Assembly (NCBI RefSeq): GCF_964355755.1
Contig: NC_092675.1
Coordinates: forward strand, 29,236,912 to 29,300,911
From: Antedon mediterranea
Lineage: Eukaryota; Animalia; Echinodermata
Direction: 5' to 3'
DNA: 64,000 nt
Part shown: piece by piece, positions 35,752 to 56,200 of the stretch
Numbering within the stretch: the first letter of the stretch is position 1
Layout: every line of letters begins with the position of its first letter
Made by a program: the position numbers and the translations under genes
The notes under the pieces: generated by a model
Databases searched by the model: none
Seen by the model: the letters and a program-made list of their open reading frames with translations, nothing else
Told to the model about the DNA's origin: nothing

Positions 35752-35959
35752 TAAAATTTAAAATAAAGAAATAAACAAAGTAAATTTGGTTTGGGAAATT
35801 GTAAAGCGTTATGTTGTCAAGGAGTTGTTTCGTCAATAGCCCCCTCAACGTTAACAAAACATGTGATTGTTGTGTTTTTAACTTTTCGAGAAATAAAATC
35901 GTCGTCGTCTCGTCGTCGATATACATAAAAAAGTATCGTTTTTTCCCAATTTAAACAAG
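35752..35959. promoter_or_regulatory. Bidirectional promoter region between C10orf53 and NFU1
   Basis: The divergent ATGs are separated by only 208 bp. CpG-rich patch at ~35900-35920 and a YY1-like AAGATGGC over the NFU1 start. Confidence 0.7.
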
Positions 35960-40522
<4,563 letters not shown>

Positions 40523-41449
40523 TGTATTAGAAATAAAACAATATCTATACTATATAAATTAAATATTTAAAAATAATACTACTACGCTTGGGTTACTTGT
40601 AAAACTGATTGGAAACTTTAAGGATACAGAGAACATTCATTCTAATCAACATTAACAATCAATAAAAACAATTTTTATCATTAATATTAATCATAATTAT
40701 AATATCAGAATGAACACACTGTATGGTTCATTATAGTCTAGGTTCTAGACCAAAATTAGTATTAAATACATAAATATTTTGGCACATATGGCGTTTCATA
40801 CGTATAATAAGCCAACTGATAGACCAGGGAGTTGTTACAACTCCCTGGATAGACTAACACACAAAAGACAATAACTACAGACATTTAAAGCAAGTCTAAG
40901 TTCATTATTGCAATGTGGTGTATAGATATTCTCACAAATAAGGAAGGACAATAATATTTTACAATAGTAAGATGATACAAGTTAATGTAGTGTTGCAGTT
41001 TTTAAGTTGTATTGATGTATATAAATATTTTTTTGTGCTATATTACATTTTGCAAATGAGAATACATTACTTATAATACTAAAATGAGATTGATTGAGTT
41101 ATTATTTTATATATTTGTCTTTGTCTTGCCAAAGAAATTCAAATTTCCAGAATTAGACGATTTAAATAATCTTGATGGCCCATATCAACACAGGTTTCTT
41201 TCCAGCTCTGTCTACATGATGATGTGAGTGATATCATTACCATATTTGGGCACATCACATTTTTTTTTCTCACAAACTGTGATAGAGCTTTAAAATGAAA
41301 TAATTCCAGTATGAGTATCGTCCTTCCAAGACTTAAACTATAATTTCTCAAGCCCAAAAATATAAAAAAGTAACTATTCCTTCGTCACTGAATGAACCTG
41401 AACTAATGCATATGGAGAATAGAAAAATTTGAAACCGTCTTGTTTTATT

Positions 41450-41675
41450 TATACTGGTCAAAGACTGGTCTCCCAAAGGACACTGTTATGATCAGTAGCT
41501 GTGTGTAACCCCTACTCGTCTCAAAAGATGTACTAGGTTCTTTAAAATGCACATGAGCACACTGTCCTTATCCAATCTACCACCAGAACCATGGAATGGG
41601 TGAGCCTCGAACCCTTACTGATGTTATGGCTAAGTAATTACAGTTTCACTGTCTTAACCGCTCGGCCACTCACTC
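41450..41675 (-). mobile_element. Deu-domain-like SINE with tRNA-derived head
   Basis: The reverse complement begins agtggccgagcggttaagac...ggttcgaggct (A and B boxes), followed by gtgcattttaaagaacctagtacatc...gagtaggggtta. Confidence 0.65.
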
Positions 41676-44223
41676 ACTTTATTTAATCTTAGACAGATTT
41701 CATATCACAGCTATACAATTGCAAAATGTTAACAAATAAAACAAGAAGAAGACGAAAAAACACAAATAAGTTCAAAATGATGTTTTATTAGCTTTTAAGT
41801 TTACCTGCCAACAAATTACACCAAAATGTATGTACATGATAATATATATATTATCTACAATCAATGTCTTTATATACAATTTAAAAATGTCTATTCATTT
41901 AGTTCTTTAGTACACTAATAAACTGATGGTTAATATACCACTTTTACAGGTATCAAGTTAACCAATCAGCACTACTTTGTGAAACATAAAACATGTATGC
42001 AATAGTTATTATAAAGAAAAGTATCATGTTAAAAGGTAAATAAACTACTGTATGATGATAAAATTACTTTTAAAATATTAATTATTATTTAAAACAAAAC
42101 CATAACATAATAATATATTAATTTCACATCAAATCTATTAACATTTGTAAATTAATTAAATGTACATTTAATACATTAAATTTACAAAGAATTCTTAGAA
42201 AAAACATAACATTTCTTTTTTAAATGTCGACGTATAAAATAATGTTAGTTAAATCTATATAGTTTAATATTCATCATAATTACTGTATGTATGATTTGGG
42301 AAGACCGGCATTAACAGCACCACAAAATTCATCTTTTTCGTTAAACCATTTTACAATGATATTGAGATTTTTCAAATGGCACACAATTACCATATAAATT
42401 CCTATAAAATATCAAATGTACATAAACATGGCAAGTAATGGTGTGAAAAGTGAATAAACAATGATTATGTAGATTTCTGGCTGAATGACTTTAGTAGCTT
42501 CGGAAGTATTTGAAGTTGAAAGCATGGGAATTACGCTAATTGTACTGTCCCCCAGCTATTACGCTAATTGTACTGTTCCCCCAGCTATTAACAATCTAAA
42601 ATGAACTTTTATCAAAATTTAAAACCACAAGACTTATGTTTAAAAGTTTCTAATCAATCAAATTGTCTAATGGGGTAAATAAAAGGTTTGCTAAGTGAGA
42701 GTACCATCCATCAGCATTACCCTTTTAGCCTAGGCCTAATGAAGCATTAGGTTGTGTCAAAATTAGACCCTTATTAGAAGCCCTAATGGAGCATACGGTG
42801 TGGACCATATGTACACACCTTTCAGTCCAAATGTTAATTATGACAACCTCAAATAAAAGCAGTTAGAATTGTGTCTATCAGCTTGGTATTTTAACCTTTA
42901 AAAAAAATGTAATGAAGCATTTTAGAGTTTTGTAAGTACTGTAATACCATTTGAGCCTATATATCAAAAGCTGGTAATATCTGACATGTTCTTTCATACA
43001 AGAAACTTTCTTAACTAAACCGAAAATGAAATGTTCTGATTATAAAACTGCTTAGAAGAGTTTAGAGTGGAAAGCCCCCATTTATAACATTGATAAAATT
43101 ACTGAAAATACAATAATGGATAACAGTGATGAAAAAAGATGTAAAAAAAAAATCAAAGGTATTACTTTCTACAGTACTCTTGTTATTCCTCCTAAAAATG
43201 AAACCGATAACTGCAAAGCTAAAATGTACATTTAAAAACATAGGAAAAATATTCGGTTCCTTTAAAAAACTACTAAAATTAACGACCAATTGTTTGGGTT
43301 CATGATGAATGGCTAAAATAGTTTTGTACAGATTATAACATCATCTATGGATACCATAATATAGTATTTGACCGGCCTAGAGAAAATTGAACAAAAGAAT
43401 GTTTATTACATTCACTATTAAAGTCTTGATGTAAAACAATCAAAGTCCAAAAGATTCAAATAATTATAAAATATCTAAACAAAGTTTTTTAATTGTTACA
43501 AATATATTTATATTAATCAAATTTATCATTATATACATTTACCTGTAGTTTTCTACAACTTAATTATTTACAATGTTTACACCGAGTTCAATTAATATTT
43601 TGTAAATAAAATGACATGATTATCAAACAATGTTTAAAATAATTATTGCATTTATCACAAGGTGAATCTATGGATGGATTAAGAATATTAAAGATAGATA
43701 TATTTTTTTAAAATTAAAATTTAATAAATTTTTTTTAATCCATTCTTCCTAAAAAATAGTTCTTTCATTAACTATTACACTTCATGTAAAAATATAAAGA
43801 TATTACGTTGAAAAAATATCAGATTTGTTAATTTGTTGATCTCTATCTATATTAAGGATTTTATAACATGATTTGGGGATGAAAAGAAGAAGTGACGAAG
43901 TTTGGCATTGGATGCTAGTTTACCATGAACATTCACTGCCTGTTTTAGTCTAGTTATTTGAATGCATTTAAGTAGGAATATATTACTAATGCAAATACTA
44001 TGGTAGGTTAATGTGACCTCTGGGGGTCAGTCCTACCTTTGCACAAGGCCCCTGGGCTTTTGCACACGGCCCCTGGGGTCTCATGATGCAAGTTCATCAT
44101 TCTATTCAAATTACCAATGTTCCGAAGGCATTAAGTTTGTTTCCACTGAAGTATATAAAGGTGTTAACTATTTACGATCTGATAGCATTGCATAATAATG
44201 ATGATCATACATGTTTTATTTCT

Positions 44224-47200
44224 TCAGTTTAAAGACTTTAATGTTTCCAAAGCTGCTTTGTAACAGAATATATACTGGTCCTGAAAATAAAACAAACATG
44301 AATTTATATTATTTAAAGGGAAGAAAATCATTTAAACTTTTATCATTTTTTTTGTATACTTTTATGAAGCTGTTGGCCTCTTTTGAGACTCCTTGGCGCA
44401 ATCAAGCTATTTTGTCTGTATGTGTGTATAAATGTGTTTGCTGAAATTAATAAAATAATAAATATTTGAGTTGTTGTTACCTTTGTTTGAATCATTCCAT
44501 GGCGTTGACTTCTAAGTTCCTTTACAATGTCATAAATGTCAAACTGAAAAAAATGTAATAATATTTAGTTCAAACTATTCATGTAAAAGATAGGACATTT
44601 GGCTATGTTCAGTCCTTTTTAATTACACTATGAAACAAGTGTGATGTGCCCAAATATGGTAGTGATGTGCCCAAATATGGTAGTGATATGCCTAAATATG
44701 GTAGTGATATGCCATCACCAAGTCCAAATATGGGCATACATCAAATGTTTGTTGTCACATAACGTTTGATAGTGTAGACAGAGCTTTAGACCCTGTATCC
44801 ACTCCAAATTTCAAAATTCTGGACATGGTACTAAATAACATACCTTTTAATAATATTATATTCGTGAGGTATTAAATGATAATAAAAGAACACCAACCTT
44901 CTCGTTCCTGTCAATAAGATTCATCATGGTATCTATGGTGATAAGTGTCCCTGTCCGACCAATCCCAGCGCTGCAGTGAACAACAATTGGTCCCATTTGG
45001 TGTATTTTGCGCATATATTTAATGTAGCGTAGCAGGTGTATTGAGGTAGCAGGTACCCCATGATCAGGCCATGTTGTCAAGTTTAAGTGAGAAACTTGTT
45101 TGAATTCACTTGTCTAGATGTGAAGATCAACAAAATAAAAGAAATTGTGTCATTCAAAAATTAACTTTTTTATTTTATATGCATCCAACAGCAAGTAACT
45201 CAATTACCAATTACAGGATGGATAAACTATTTTATAATTTATCGTGCTTATAAATAAGTAATAAATAAGTCTCATTTGAGGCTTAGGGAGTGGAGTTGAA
45301 AGAGTTGTGGCACAAGGTCAGGAATGAACCCTGGACCTTGGGATTGAAAGCATGTTAACCATCAAGCTACAGCTCCACTAATATTGAAACAATTCAACAA
45401 ATTGAGGAACAATTCATTTAATCCACAGAATAATACATTTAAATGGTATCTCATAAAAACACAAGACACACTCTATTGACAATTTGGAAGATTTCAAATT
45501 ATTTGAAAATTGTTTATATTTTTTCATACATTCTAATCTCAATTTTTGGGTAAATAAAAGATAAATTCCTTTTCATTTATAAATTAAAAAAAATTACCTT
45601 TAAATTTGAAATAGTCATCCTACGAATGTCAAAGTTCTCAAGAGTCTGTAAACTGTCTAATCGAATCTCAAATCGGTCAGCGACTACGACGGGCGAATCT
45701 GTCGAACTAGGCCAGTAGCGATGGCATTTTACCTAGGTAGAAAAAAAACAAACTGTTATGGTAGAATAAAATAAGAATGATATACTTAGCTGATATTCTA
45801 GTGCTTGTTAGTATTATTGGTAAAGAAAATTATTTAACTACAACAAGAAAAGTTTGAATTCTTGAATTTACAAAGGGTAAAACAAAATTATCATAACTGG
45901 ATAACTAGAATAAAACCAGAATTATTCTTTTCTAATACCCTTTTCACATCTGCATAAATGTTTACAACTTGTAACCAGATTTGATCTCACGATTTGTTAC
46001 ATGTTTTCATATATGCATACGCAAACCCTCGAAACCTCAGAAGAAAAGCGTAGTTGCGCACTATTGGTTACTATGACTGGTCAGTTTATTTATCAGAGAA
46101 ATACACATGCACGCAGTAAGAACCAAATATTTTAAACAGACAGTTTGCCATACCTTTCCATTTTCAACGTCCATTGTAACCATGGCAATGATGGATACTT
46201 TTTGTTCCCAGATCATTTGCCAGAAGTCAACGAGACCATTAGGTAGTGGCCCTTGGCAAGCTATGTAGTTTAACTGGCCTGTCTCGCCAACTTTCATCTT
46301 TATGTGACTTGCGTTAATGTAATCGGATCCCTCAACTTCCTGTAGTACCACTCGTGTCTTGTCATCTGAGAAACAATAAAAAAAAAAAAAATTTTAGTGA
46401 GATATTTCCCCTAAATCAAATTGTTTAACAAAATATTTAGGCATTTCCCTTTAAAGTGGTCTCGCCACATTGCTTGTATCCTTAGGCAAGATACTTTACC
46501 TACGTTTGCCTCTCTCCACCCAGGTGTATAAATGGGAACCCGGTTAGATCAAGACACAACTTTGCGCTGATTACTAGCTGCATTATGGGAGTATGTTTCC
46601 ATACGTGTTTGATCCAACAAATGGTCGGGGTAATAATGTTCAGCGCTTAGAGGTTTCACAACATTAGGCGCTATATAAATCTAGGATGTTATTATTATTT
46701 GAGTAGTACGGAGGAGGTTTTGATTTTAAGTGATTCTAAGTTCTCTTAGTCCAAGTGTGAATGGTGCTTTTACAATAGGAATGGATTATTACTGTATTTA
46801 TTATATTTTTAAGCTCTGTCTACACTATCAAACTTTATGTGACAAAAAATGTGATGTGCTCATATTTGGACATGATGTCATATCTCTACCATATTTGGGC
46901 ACATCGCATTTGTTTTGTCAAACTAGCTAGATAGTGTAGACAGCTAGCTTTAGAGAAGTCTCTGTTCATCCAGAAAAAATGTTATCAAATGTAATAAAAA
47001 GACTAATACGCTGTAATCACAGAATCATTAAATACCTACTTAGACTTAGTTCATTAATACTGTTAAATTTTACGTAGTCACATCAACTTGACATGTCCAC
47101 ATATGTTTCATGTGTGATAATGTTAACCTACTTCAGTACATTCATCAATAACAAATATGAATCACCAACAGAAATAGGTCAAAATAAGTACAAAAGGAAA

Positions 47201-50200
47201 GGGGAACATCTAAATACAGAAATAAAAAGAACACTTATAAAATGCTTTGTGTGTTATTATCTATTTTATTAATCTAATTCTACTACTAATTTAATGCAAA
47301 TTATAATCTTGTTGTACTGTAGCAATTGGTTTTCATTACTATTGGTTGTCAGCTGAATAAAATAAAATACTTTTTGCAAAAATGAAGAATTTCAAAAATC
47401 CTAATATAAATATGGTTTGAACTTTGTGTCTTTTGTAATTTGTCAACAATGAATGAACTTACATGGTAAAACATTTCTATATCGATTCTTATCTTTGTTG
47501 AATGGTTTCTTAGCAACATCACAGTTGTCCACTGGTTTTAATTGTCTTAATTGCTGTAAAGAAAAGATAAAATAGATCAAGTTTTACTTTGATGTTTTTT
47601 AAAGTAGAATTCCTAAACTGGTGGCATGCTGGTCTCAATTAAAATTTTTTATAACTGATAAGTTGAAATTCAAATTGAAAGGCAGAACTAAATTTGACTG
47701 GGATACAAAAAGAACATACTCTATTCAGGGGACACTTTATATTTATATTTATTTTCGGCAAGCCAAGGTTTATGAGCACTGTAATTTCCATTAATATTTT
47801 GGACAATAAATGAATCTGTATCTGAATCTGTATCTGTATCTGTATCTGTATCTGTATCTGTATCTGTATCTGTATCTGTATCTGTATCTGTATCTGTATG
47901 AGGGGACATTGTTGGGTCCTGAAGATTTACCCTTAATTTGACTGTAATACTGTCAACATTCATTGTTTTTTTTTTAATATTCCATTTTGTGCTTCATACC
48001 TTGTATTCTTCAGCTGGATCTTCTTTATCAATAGCTTTATGAATTGCATTTTGCAGCATGCGTAAAGATCGACCAGAATACACGCCACCGTTTGGTGGTT
48101 TCACCAGGGACATCCTTTGTAGCTCCGTATCAGTGATGACTCCCATGATCTTGATAGAAGGCGTTTCTCTTGGCGTATGGTTGTTGTTTTCTAGCGGTAG
48201 TTCTGTATCACTATTCCATGATTCGGAATTGTCAGTGTCTGAAAATTGTCTTAAAACCTAAAAGCAAAAAGATGTCTTTGCTTATTACACCATTTTCTAA
48301 AGCAGTCATTATACATGTTTAAATTAATATCGTATCACACCACAATCTAAGACCCCTTTTACACTTACGATTCGGGCCGGCTTGGGCTGGCACTGGTTCA
48401 GCAATCCATAAGTGTAAACACTCCACGAAGTTAGAACAGCCCTGGGCCGTTTGAGTTCATGAACTACCTCTTGATGAAGGTTATTGATCACCTTTTACAT
48501 TTAGACCGACGTATGCAGTGAACCATGAACAAAGTTTGACATTTTTCATGAGGTTATACGACACTTCCTTCCCTTGGAACTAAAGTGTAAACACGCTAGA
48601 TCAAGCCCAAACAATTAAATTTGGACCTGATCTTGGGTCAGCCCAGAAGCCAAAGGAGTGTAAATTGGATCTTAGACCTAATATATGATACAGTAAAAAT
48701 GCAGGACAACAAATGACAAACAAAAGTAAATACCTTTGGTATTCTAGCTTTGCTTATTACGCCGTTTTCTTCTGGTAAATCAGGAACTGAATCCAGGTCA
48801 CTATCTGTATTATGACCTAGAAAATAATCATAATCAATCAATAATCATTTACTGATTCATATTAAATTGGATTCCTCATCAAAGTATGCAAAATGTATAT
48901 TTTCCTTGAAGCAATCAAAATATAAATATCAAGACAAATTTAAATATGTCTCATTTCTCCAAAAGTTTCATTGTTTATTTTTCTTATATTTATTTAAATC
49001 TTTTTTTAAATAAAAGTATTATAAAATACCACTAGGACATGGTAAGTGGTTAAATAAACTAATCAACCCTCTTAACATCTCCTTCCAAAAACATTTATAG
49101 CGTAAGTTAATATTGGATGGATATTAGTGATCAAATAATGTTATATAACTGTTTAAAAAGAAATAATTTGGATTAAATATAGTACATATACTTTATATAA
49201 ATAATATAGGCAGTGGCGTAACGGCTAGAGCGCTCACTGGCTAAACCCAGGGGCCCGGAGCTTATGGGGGGCCCCCATGAGCAGAGCCCAGAAGAAGAAA
49301 ACAGGCATTAAAATATGTTGAAAAAATTATAAACTTTAGAGACCTCCAGTGTTGGAGGGCATTTAGAGTCCCTAAACCAAGGGCCTCAGGCTTCTGCGTT
49401 ACGCCACTGAACATAGGGAATGTTTAGATTTAATAGTAACTGTGTTTAAAAAACACATTTTCTCAAATTATTTTGGCAAAGCATTTGCAAATTGTGACAA
49501 GCAAAGCAGACTATGCAGACAAAGCACAATATGATTAGAAATGACTTGAACCCAGGACCCTGTATATATAAGCACACTAGTATTGTAAATCCAACAAACT
49601 CACATCATTGAAGAAAACAATATTGGATTATTTTCACAGAAATGTACACTGTAGTAAAAACTACTAAATATTTCAATGTTCACACAATACCTTTAGGCAT
49701 GATATATTTAAACTGCATGTTAAAAATAAAACTTAAATCAATTATTTTTGTTATTGCGGCCTTCACCAATCAAAGTAACTATTGGTGTTTATATGAAGGG
49801 CAGTATAGTTTACGTTAATGCAGTATTCTGGGAAAAGCAGATTAGTTAGTAGATTTCTAAACAGTTTAAAAAAATTTTAATATCTTAAATGCTTAAATCA
49901 AACCTGAAATTACTATAAAAAAAATAGTAATAGTAATCTCAGATCAAACTATAACACTTCAGTAGCCATGGTACACCATCAGGCTATCTACACATACTAT
50001 ATTAAAAACCTCAAAAACAACATTTAAATTCATGTAGGCCTAGCATGCTGAAAAAATAGTTAGATGATTTTTTAGGGAAGAGTGAACACTCACTGTAATT
50101 TCACTCTTTCATAACTTTAGTTGATTTGCATGGAAATGCAGCGATGAAGATCTAATCTAATTCTGATCATGCCTCTGCTGCAGCAAATATACAGTAACTG

Positions 50201-53200
50201 AGGATAGCATTAATCTACCTTTTACGTAATGAATACTACCTCCATAACTGTTGTACTGTATGCAGATATTATGTTTGTCAATGCATTTTGGCAGTGATCT
50301 ACAATATCTACAAGTCAATTAACTACATTGTATTATTTCTAATATATTAGTGCATTGTGGGAAGCTTTATGGTTCTATAGGTTGTGCAGCTACATCATCC
50401 TTCCTGTTATTTCTAATGTTTGAGTGCATTGTGGGAAAAATAAAATGACAAGCATTATTTGCAGTTCCATGGGTTGTGCAGCTACATCCTTTCAAATCAC
50501 ACTTTATGTTATTTTTAATGTTTTAGTGCATTGTGGGATATGACAAGCATTGCGGTTCTCTATAGCTACGTTTCTTGTGAGTGCAATTACCTGTGTAAAA
50601 CTCATCATCAGCAAACTTGGCAGGGGGTGGAGTGAAGGGGTTAAATGTGGTGTCTTCCATTGTAAGAGAAGGGGGCCCAGACAGGGCTGTGGCCGTGAGG
50701 GGTAGAGAGTTACCGGAATCAAAGTTAATGCTATCACTATGCTCAACATCTGATAACACAGGGGCTAGCAGAAAACATTAAAAAGAAAAACATATAAACA
50801 CTACACAAAATGTTTAACACATTACAAATTACAAATCATTAGGTACGTCGTCAAGAAAACAAATATAGAAGTTGTGAAATTTATAATAGGATCGTTTAAG
50901 TTAATCCATAGCTTTTTAAAACTTCCTTAAAAGATAAATGCACAATTTATTTCAAATAAACTATAATTTGGGAGGATTATTTGTCTTATATATGGTGTCT
51001 CACTGGTTTTTTTTTCTCCAAAAATCGTTGATGTAAACATTTTATAAACAACGCGACTAGACAATGATGCCACTTAAAGTACTTATGCCTAATGACTTGA
51101 GCCAATCATTATCTTAGTGTTAAAGCCATTAAGATAAAGGACATATCATTTGGTAGTTTGCTAAAGAGAATATAAAATCAACAACCAGAACTAACACCAT
51201 CATGTATTTTTGTTTTATGTCTTTTTTTAGGATTATATTTTTAATGGAATGGGATTTCAGATAAATAAATACTTTATCTGACATAGATATATTGAACTGT
51301 TTTGTTATTTATTTGTTTATTAGTTTTTACAAATCGTTGATGTGAGGGAAAAAATCCCATCTACTTGAGTTATTTAAACAATAAGACATTTATTGCAATA
51401 GACTTGCAACGTTTTGTAAAAAGCTTTGTACAACATGTTACAGCATGTCATATACTTTGTACCATATCACTTTAATCAAATATGGAAGTTTACTTTCTAC
51501 AAAAACACAGAAATCAAAAACTGATAACCAAAATGTCAACTATATTGTGTTATACACCGAAAACAAAACACACAAATTTCTAAGAATAAGTTAACTCACT
51601 TCCTGTTTCGATAGGGTCATTACCCTGAGATGACAACGCACTTTGCGTCTCCATGACTGACCCTGTGACTTCGGACGCTCCGGGCTCAGTTACTTCATCT
51701 TTTCCAAAGGATATATCACTGAGGATGTCTGGATGGGTTTCTTGTTCATCAGCACCATTCTCCTCCATATGACTAACAGGGCGAGATGATGGTCTAACGA
51801 CGGACAGCTTGACCGTGCCTTTAGCACGTCGTAGTAAGCTGATGGCTTTATTATGGGTCATTCCCACCAGGCTCTGACCATTTACCTGTAATTATACAAA
51901 TAGATTAAAAACAAGATAATTGTGTTGCCATTTTTAATTATTAGTATAGAATGCTCAGTAGTGCAGAAAAATATAACTATTACTAACTGTATATTATTAC
52001 TATTCACATTAATAATACTGAATCTGCTATTAATTTGTTTTTTGTGACTCTTATTTTAACCAGCGTATAGTACTTCCTTTGTTTTTGTTAGCACAATAGC
52101 GTCCACAAGTTTATTGTCCTAAAATTTCGGCTGTTAATAGGTATATACTTATATAGACTACGCATACTGATTTTCAGAAAAATCAATACAGTGGTGACAT
52201 CACACATGCTTATTATAATCTTGAATTATGTTTATTTTCAATATGGGCCAAAATATACATAGAACGCCCCCTGTTGATCTCTTTAAATTTCACAAGTATT
52301 TCGCTGAGTTTCTGAGTGCTAAATTTATTTATTTATTACTTATAGGGTTAATTTGAAATTGTTTGTATTAATATGATATAATAATATAAATTTTATGTAA
52401 AAAGATGACAATCCATAGTTCTTAATTACCTGCAATAATTTATCTCCAATTCGTAGTCTTCCATCATTCGCCGCCACCCCACCTGGTGTGATTGTTTTTA
52501 TAAACACACTAGTTTTGCCTCCTTTCTCTCCTCCAATCAAGCTAAACCCAAGCCCACCGCTCGCTGGCTTGTCAAACTCAATTCTGAGGATGCCACCCTA
52601 AAAGAACAAATAAGAGTTTTGATGAATTAAAAAATGAAATCCCAAAGGTGTCCCAATGGCTATGAGCGCTCACTGGCTAAACCCAGGGACCCCCTGAGCA
52701 ATGCCCAGAAGAAACAACAGGCATTAAAAAATATCAAAAAATGCTAAAAACACAGAGGCCTTCAGCGTTGGAGGGTCACATAGGGTTCCCAAACCATGTG
52801 CCTCAGACCTCTGCATTACGCCACTGATGTGTCTCCTTAATTACTTTTGAGTGCCATTGTTATCTACTTACTATATTTAGTATCTATTATACTTCTACTG
52901 ATATTTATAGGTTTAATACAGTGCTAATTGTAACTAATGACTATATCAACAAAAAGAAATCCTCAGAAGAAGCTTAAGAAGCCCTAATGATCAAGGATAC
53001 AAAGACTGATACAACAACACATCATTGCTATGTGTTACTAGTACCCTTTCACACCAAAAGCAAAACTTATAATAATAAGTAGTATCACTATCAGTAAAAC
53101 CTTATATTACTTCTGAGACTTTTGAAAGTACAGTAATTATTAAATTAAAAATATTATTAATTAAAATGATTCTAATGATTTTCGCTATGTAAACAAATAA

Positions 53201-56200
53201 AATAGAGGGCGACATTTACAATTTTATTTTATAAACCCTGGTGTTGCTAGGTTGGTGTGAAAGGGGTATCTCCGGAGTTTCTCGACGTTTTGAATGGTCA
53301 TAAACCCTGGGGTGTCTCCGGAGATCACTCCGGAGTTTTGGTGTGAAAGGGGTAGTAGACGAAGCCAATGTATTACTAACACTGTGTCAACTGTCATGCA
53401 GAAGCAAGCAAAAATATCATATCCTGAAAAAACTAGGGAAATCCAGTCTATGCATGATGAATTATAGTAAAACAAGCTATATCTTACAAATAGTACCATT
53501 CAACAGCAACCTATCTTTAAAATATGATGAATGAATCTATAGAGAAAATTTTAACAAAAAAAGTTTAAAATGGAAAGGATTTATAAGGGGAAGGTTAACT
53601 AAAATTATGCAAAAAGAAATTTCTGCTGTTATAATTAAATCAAATAAAAGAAAGAGCTTTATCGCTTCTAAAAGGAAAGGTCAATTTGGTAGCAAACAGT
53701 TAAAAAGAAAATTATAACTTTTGTTACTAAACAGGTTTATTTCAGTGTTGGTTGTTAAAAATGTTTTAGCTTGACGTTTTTGTTTTGTATTATTTTTCAA
53801 TATACCGAAACAAATAGAAATACATCCACTAAAAAAAATCTTAAATTGCCTAATTTTTAAATTCTAATTTATAATGTTGTATTCACCAAAGCTGGTCCTT
53901 TGATTCTTGGAATTTTGCAAGGAGTTGTTTTTGACCAGCGAGCTGTTGACACGGCAACATCACTTGCCATGGCAACCACCTCAAACAAAACTGAAACTTT
54001 AAGCTGTAATATCCAAAAGAGAGATCCAATAAATGTTCAGATTGTTACTATTTGAATGTGGTTAGAACTTAAGATCACCAATGTTGAAAATCTGCTAGTA
54101 TGTCCAACTGAATAATATCAGTCTAAGCATTCACTTTGTTTCCATTTTACTTAGAATTTGAAGAACACGAATTATAAGCTCAAATAAAAACAATTTTAAT
54201 TCCAAGTTAGAATGAAAAAACCTTGAAAATTGCAGGAACTGGTCCAAAGTTTAATAGCAACAAAATGATGATAAGTAAATCAAACTACGGATCCTAGAAA
54301 GTGAAGTTCTGCCTTTAAGCTTTCTCAGCTATCGACAAAAGCAAAGTAAAAACAATCGTGCATTAACCGCAAGTATCTCTTAACAAAACATCTGTACTCC
54401 CGCATCAGGTATCAACCGTCAATTCACAACTCCAGCATGTGACGCTCCTATAAGTAGATTTTTTTGCAAAAAGATTGTTTCGACACCGCTATACACCGCA
54501 ATCTTATCAGCTGGCAAGACTTTTATCATGCTAACCAGCTCTGTGATTCACAGACCAAGATAGCTACAGCATGAGTAACCAATTTCCTTCCCACTTGCTG
54601 ACTCACAAGCACTCAGTCCAACATGCCTTAAAAATCCCCAACATCCTAAAAAAAAGTGTCAATATACGCACGCCGAGCATGGCCTTACACCTGTTGCGAG
54701 TGTCGTATTAAAGAGATTTCAATCAACTGGTAAAGGTCACAAGGGATGTCAAAGAAACGGAGACTTTTAGTTTAGAAAATTGGACGTTATCAATGACAAA
54801 TAGTGAGAAATACCAGATAATTAGGAAAGACACAATGCATTATAGCTTACACCCCATTATGGCTTACTCACAAAAGTCTTGTTTACTAACAATGATTTCC
54901 TTCTTGTTACTACAAACTAAAAGTTATCTATAATATTAACTATTTAAAATATAAGAATATTAGAAGATAAAGAGTACAAAACAAGCTCCCAGATACATGC
55001 AATTATTAGACTTCCATACCACACTTTGACAATTGTATGTACATAGCTCTGTCTACACTATCAAACTAGTTTGACAAAAAAAGTGTGATGTGCCCAAATA
55101 TAGTAGTGATATGCCCAAATATTATAATGCTATACCCAAATATGGAAGTGATATGACATCATCATGTATGGGCACATCACATTTTTTTGTTACACAAAGT
55201 TTGATAGTGTAGACAGAGCTTTAAAGAAAAGGGCATGTAACCAACGGAAAATCAAATGCCAAAACCCGAACATTTCTAACAAATAGAATGTTGGTCCATT
55301 TGAAAGCTTTTGAATTATATGATAATTTCTAATTTGTTATTTCAAGGGGCCAGTGACAGCTGGTTGCTCTGATAATGTAATGTGCTAGATATACTGACAC
55401 ATTTCTTATAAAATAATAATGAACACAAGTCATGTTCAATTATACACTTTATAGAGTAAATAGTTTAGTCATGATGATGTGTTTAATACCAAACAAGGGT
55501 ATCAGGAAATTTGTGGTGGTACAGCAAATACAAAATAAGTTATTTTACTTAAAAAATTTATTTAAAAAAAACAGCCCCTGGGTAAAAGAATATTGGAAAT
55601 GTCTGTATAATTTTACAATTTTTACAACAATAATTTATCATTCCAACATTTTTATAAAAGTTAAGAAATGCTTAAAATTGGATTATTTATGATAAAATGT
55701 TTAATTTAATGATTGTAAATGTTTTTTAGTACTGTTTGTAGTACTAAATGAATTCAGAAATTTCTTCTGAAGAAGCTGTCTGTGTAAAGAACAAAATAAA
55801 AACCGTTTTTACAAATTTTTAATCCAATTGGTTTGTTAAAAAGAAATTTCTAAATTGTTTAATTCAATGTATTAATCACTGTAGTTTGATATGCCGCTGA
55901 TAAAAATCGTGAACAGTCACTAATTACTAACAATTGCTGTTACAAGTTCCTGGCACACAAGTACTTTTCACTACTCATGTTCAATTAATTATTTATAGCC
56001 TACATAATTAGCAGTCACCATAATGAATTAATTACCTGTTGTGATGTGTTATCAAGTTTGCTAATATCCGTGTCAGCTAGCGATGTTGATCTCAAGGAGC
56101 GAGGTGTTGGCGAGAGTGCAGGTGATCTCGCTGATGGCGACCACGGTGGCGTGTCCGGGGACAGCGACACGCTGCTATCCCACGTATTCTCGTCTGCGGG

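Noticed and set aside
50340-50590. Read-through ORF beyond the PTPN13 exon at 50591 (possible PTP-less isoform)
   Set aside because: The extension runs into three diverged intronic repeats (gtgcattgtggga...), and a good donor at 50590 keeps the frame to the next exon.
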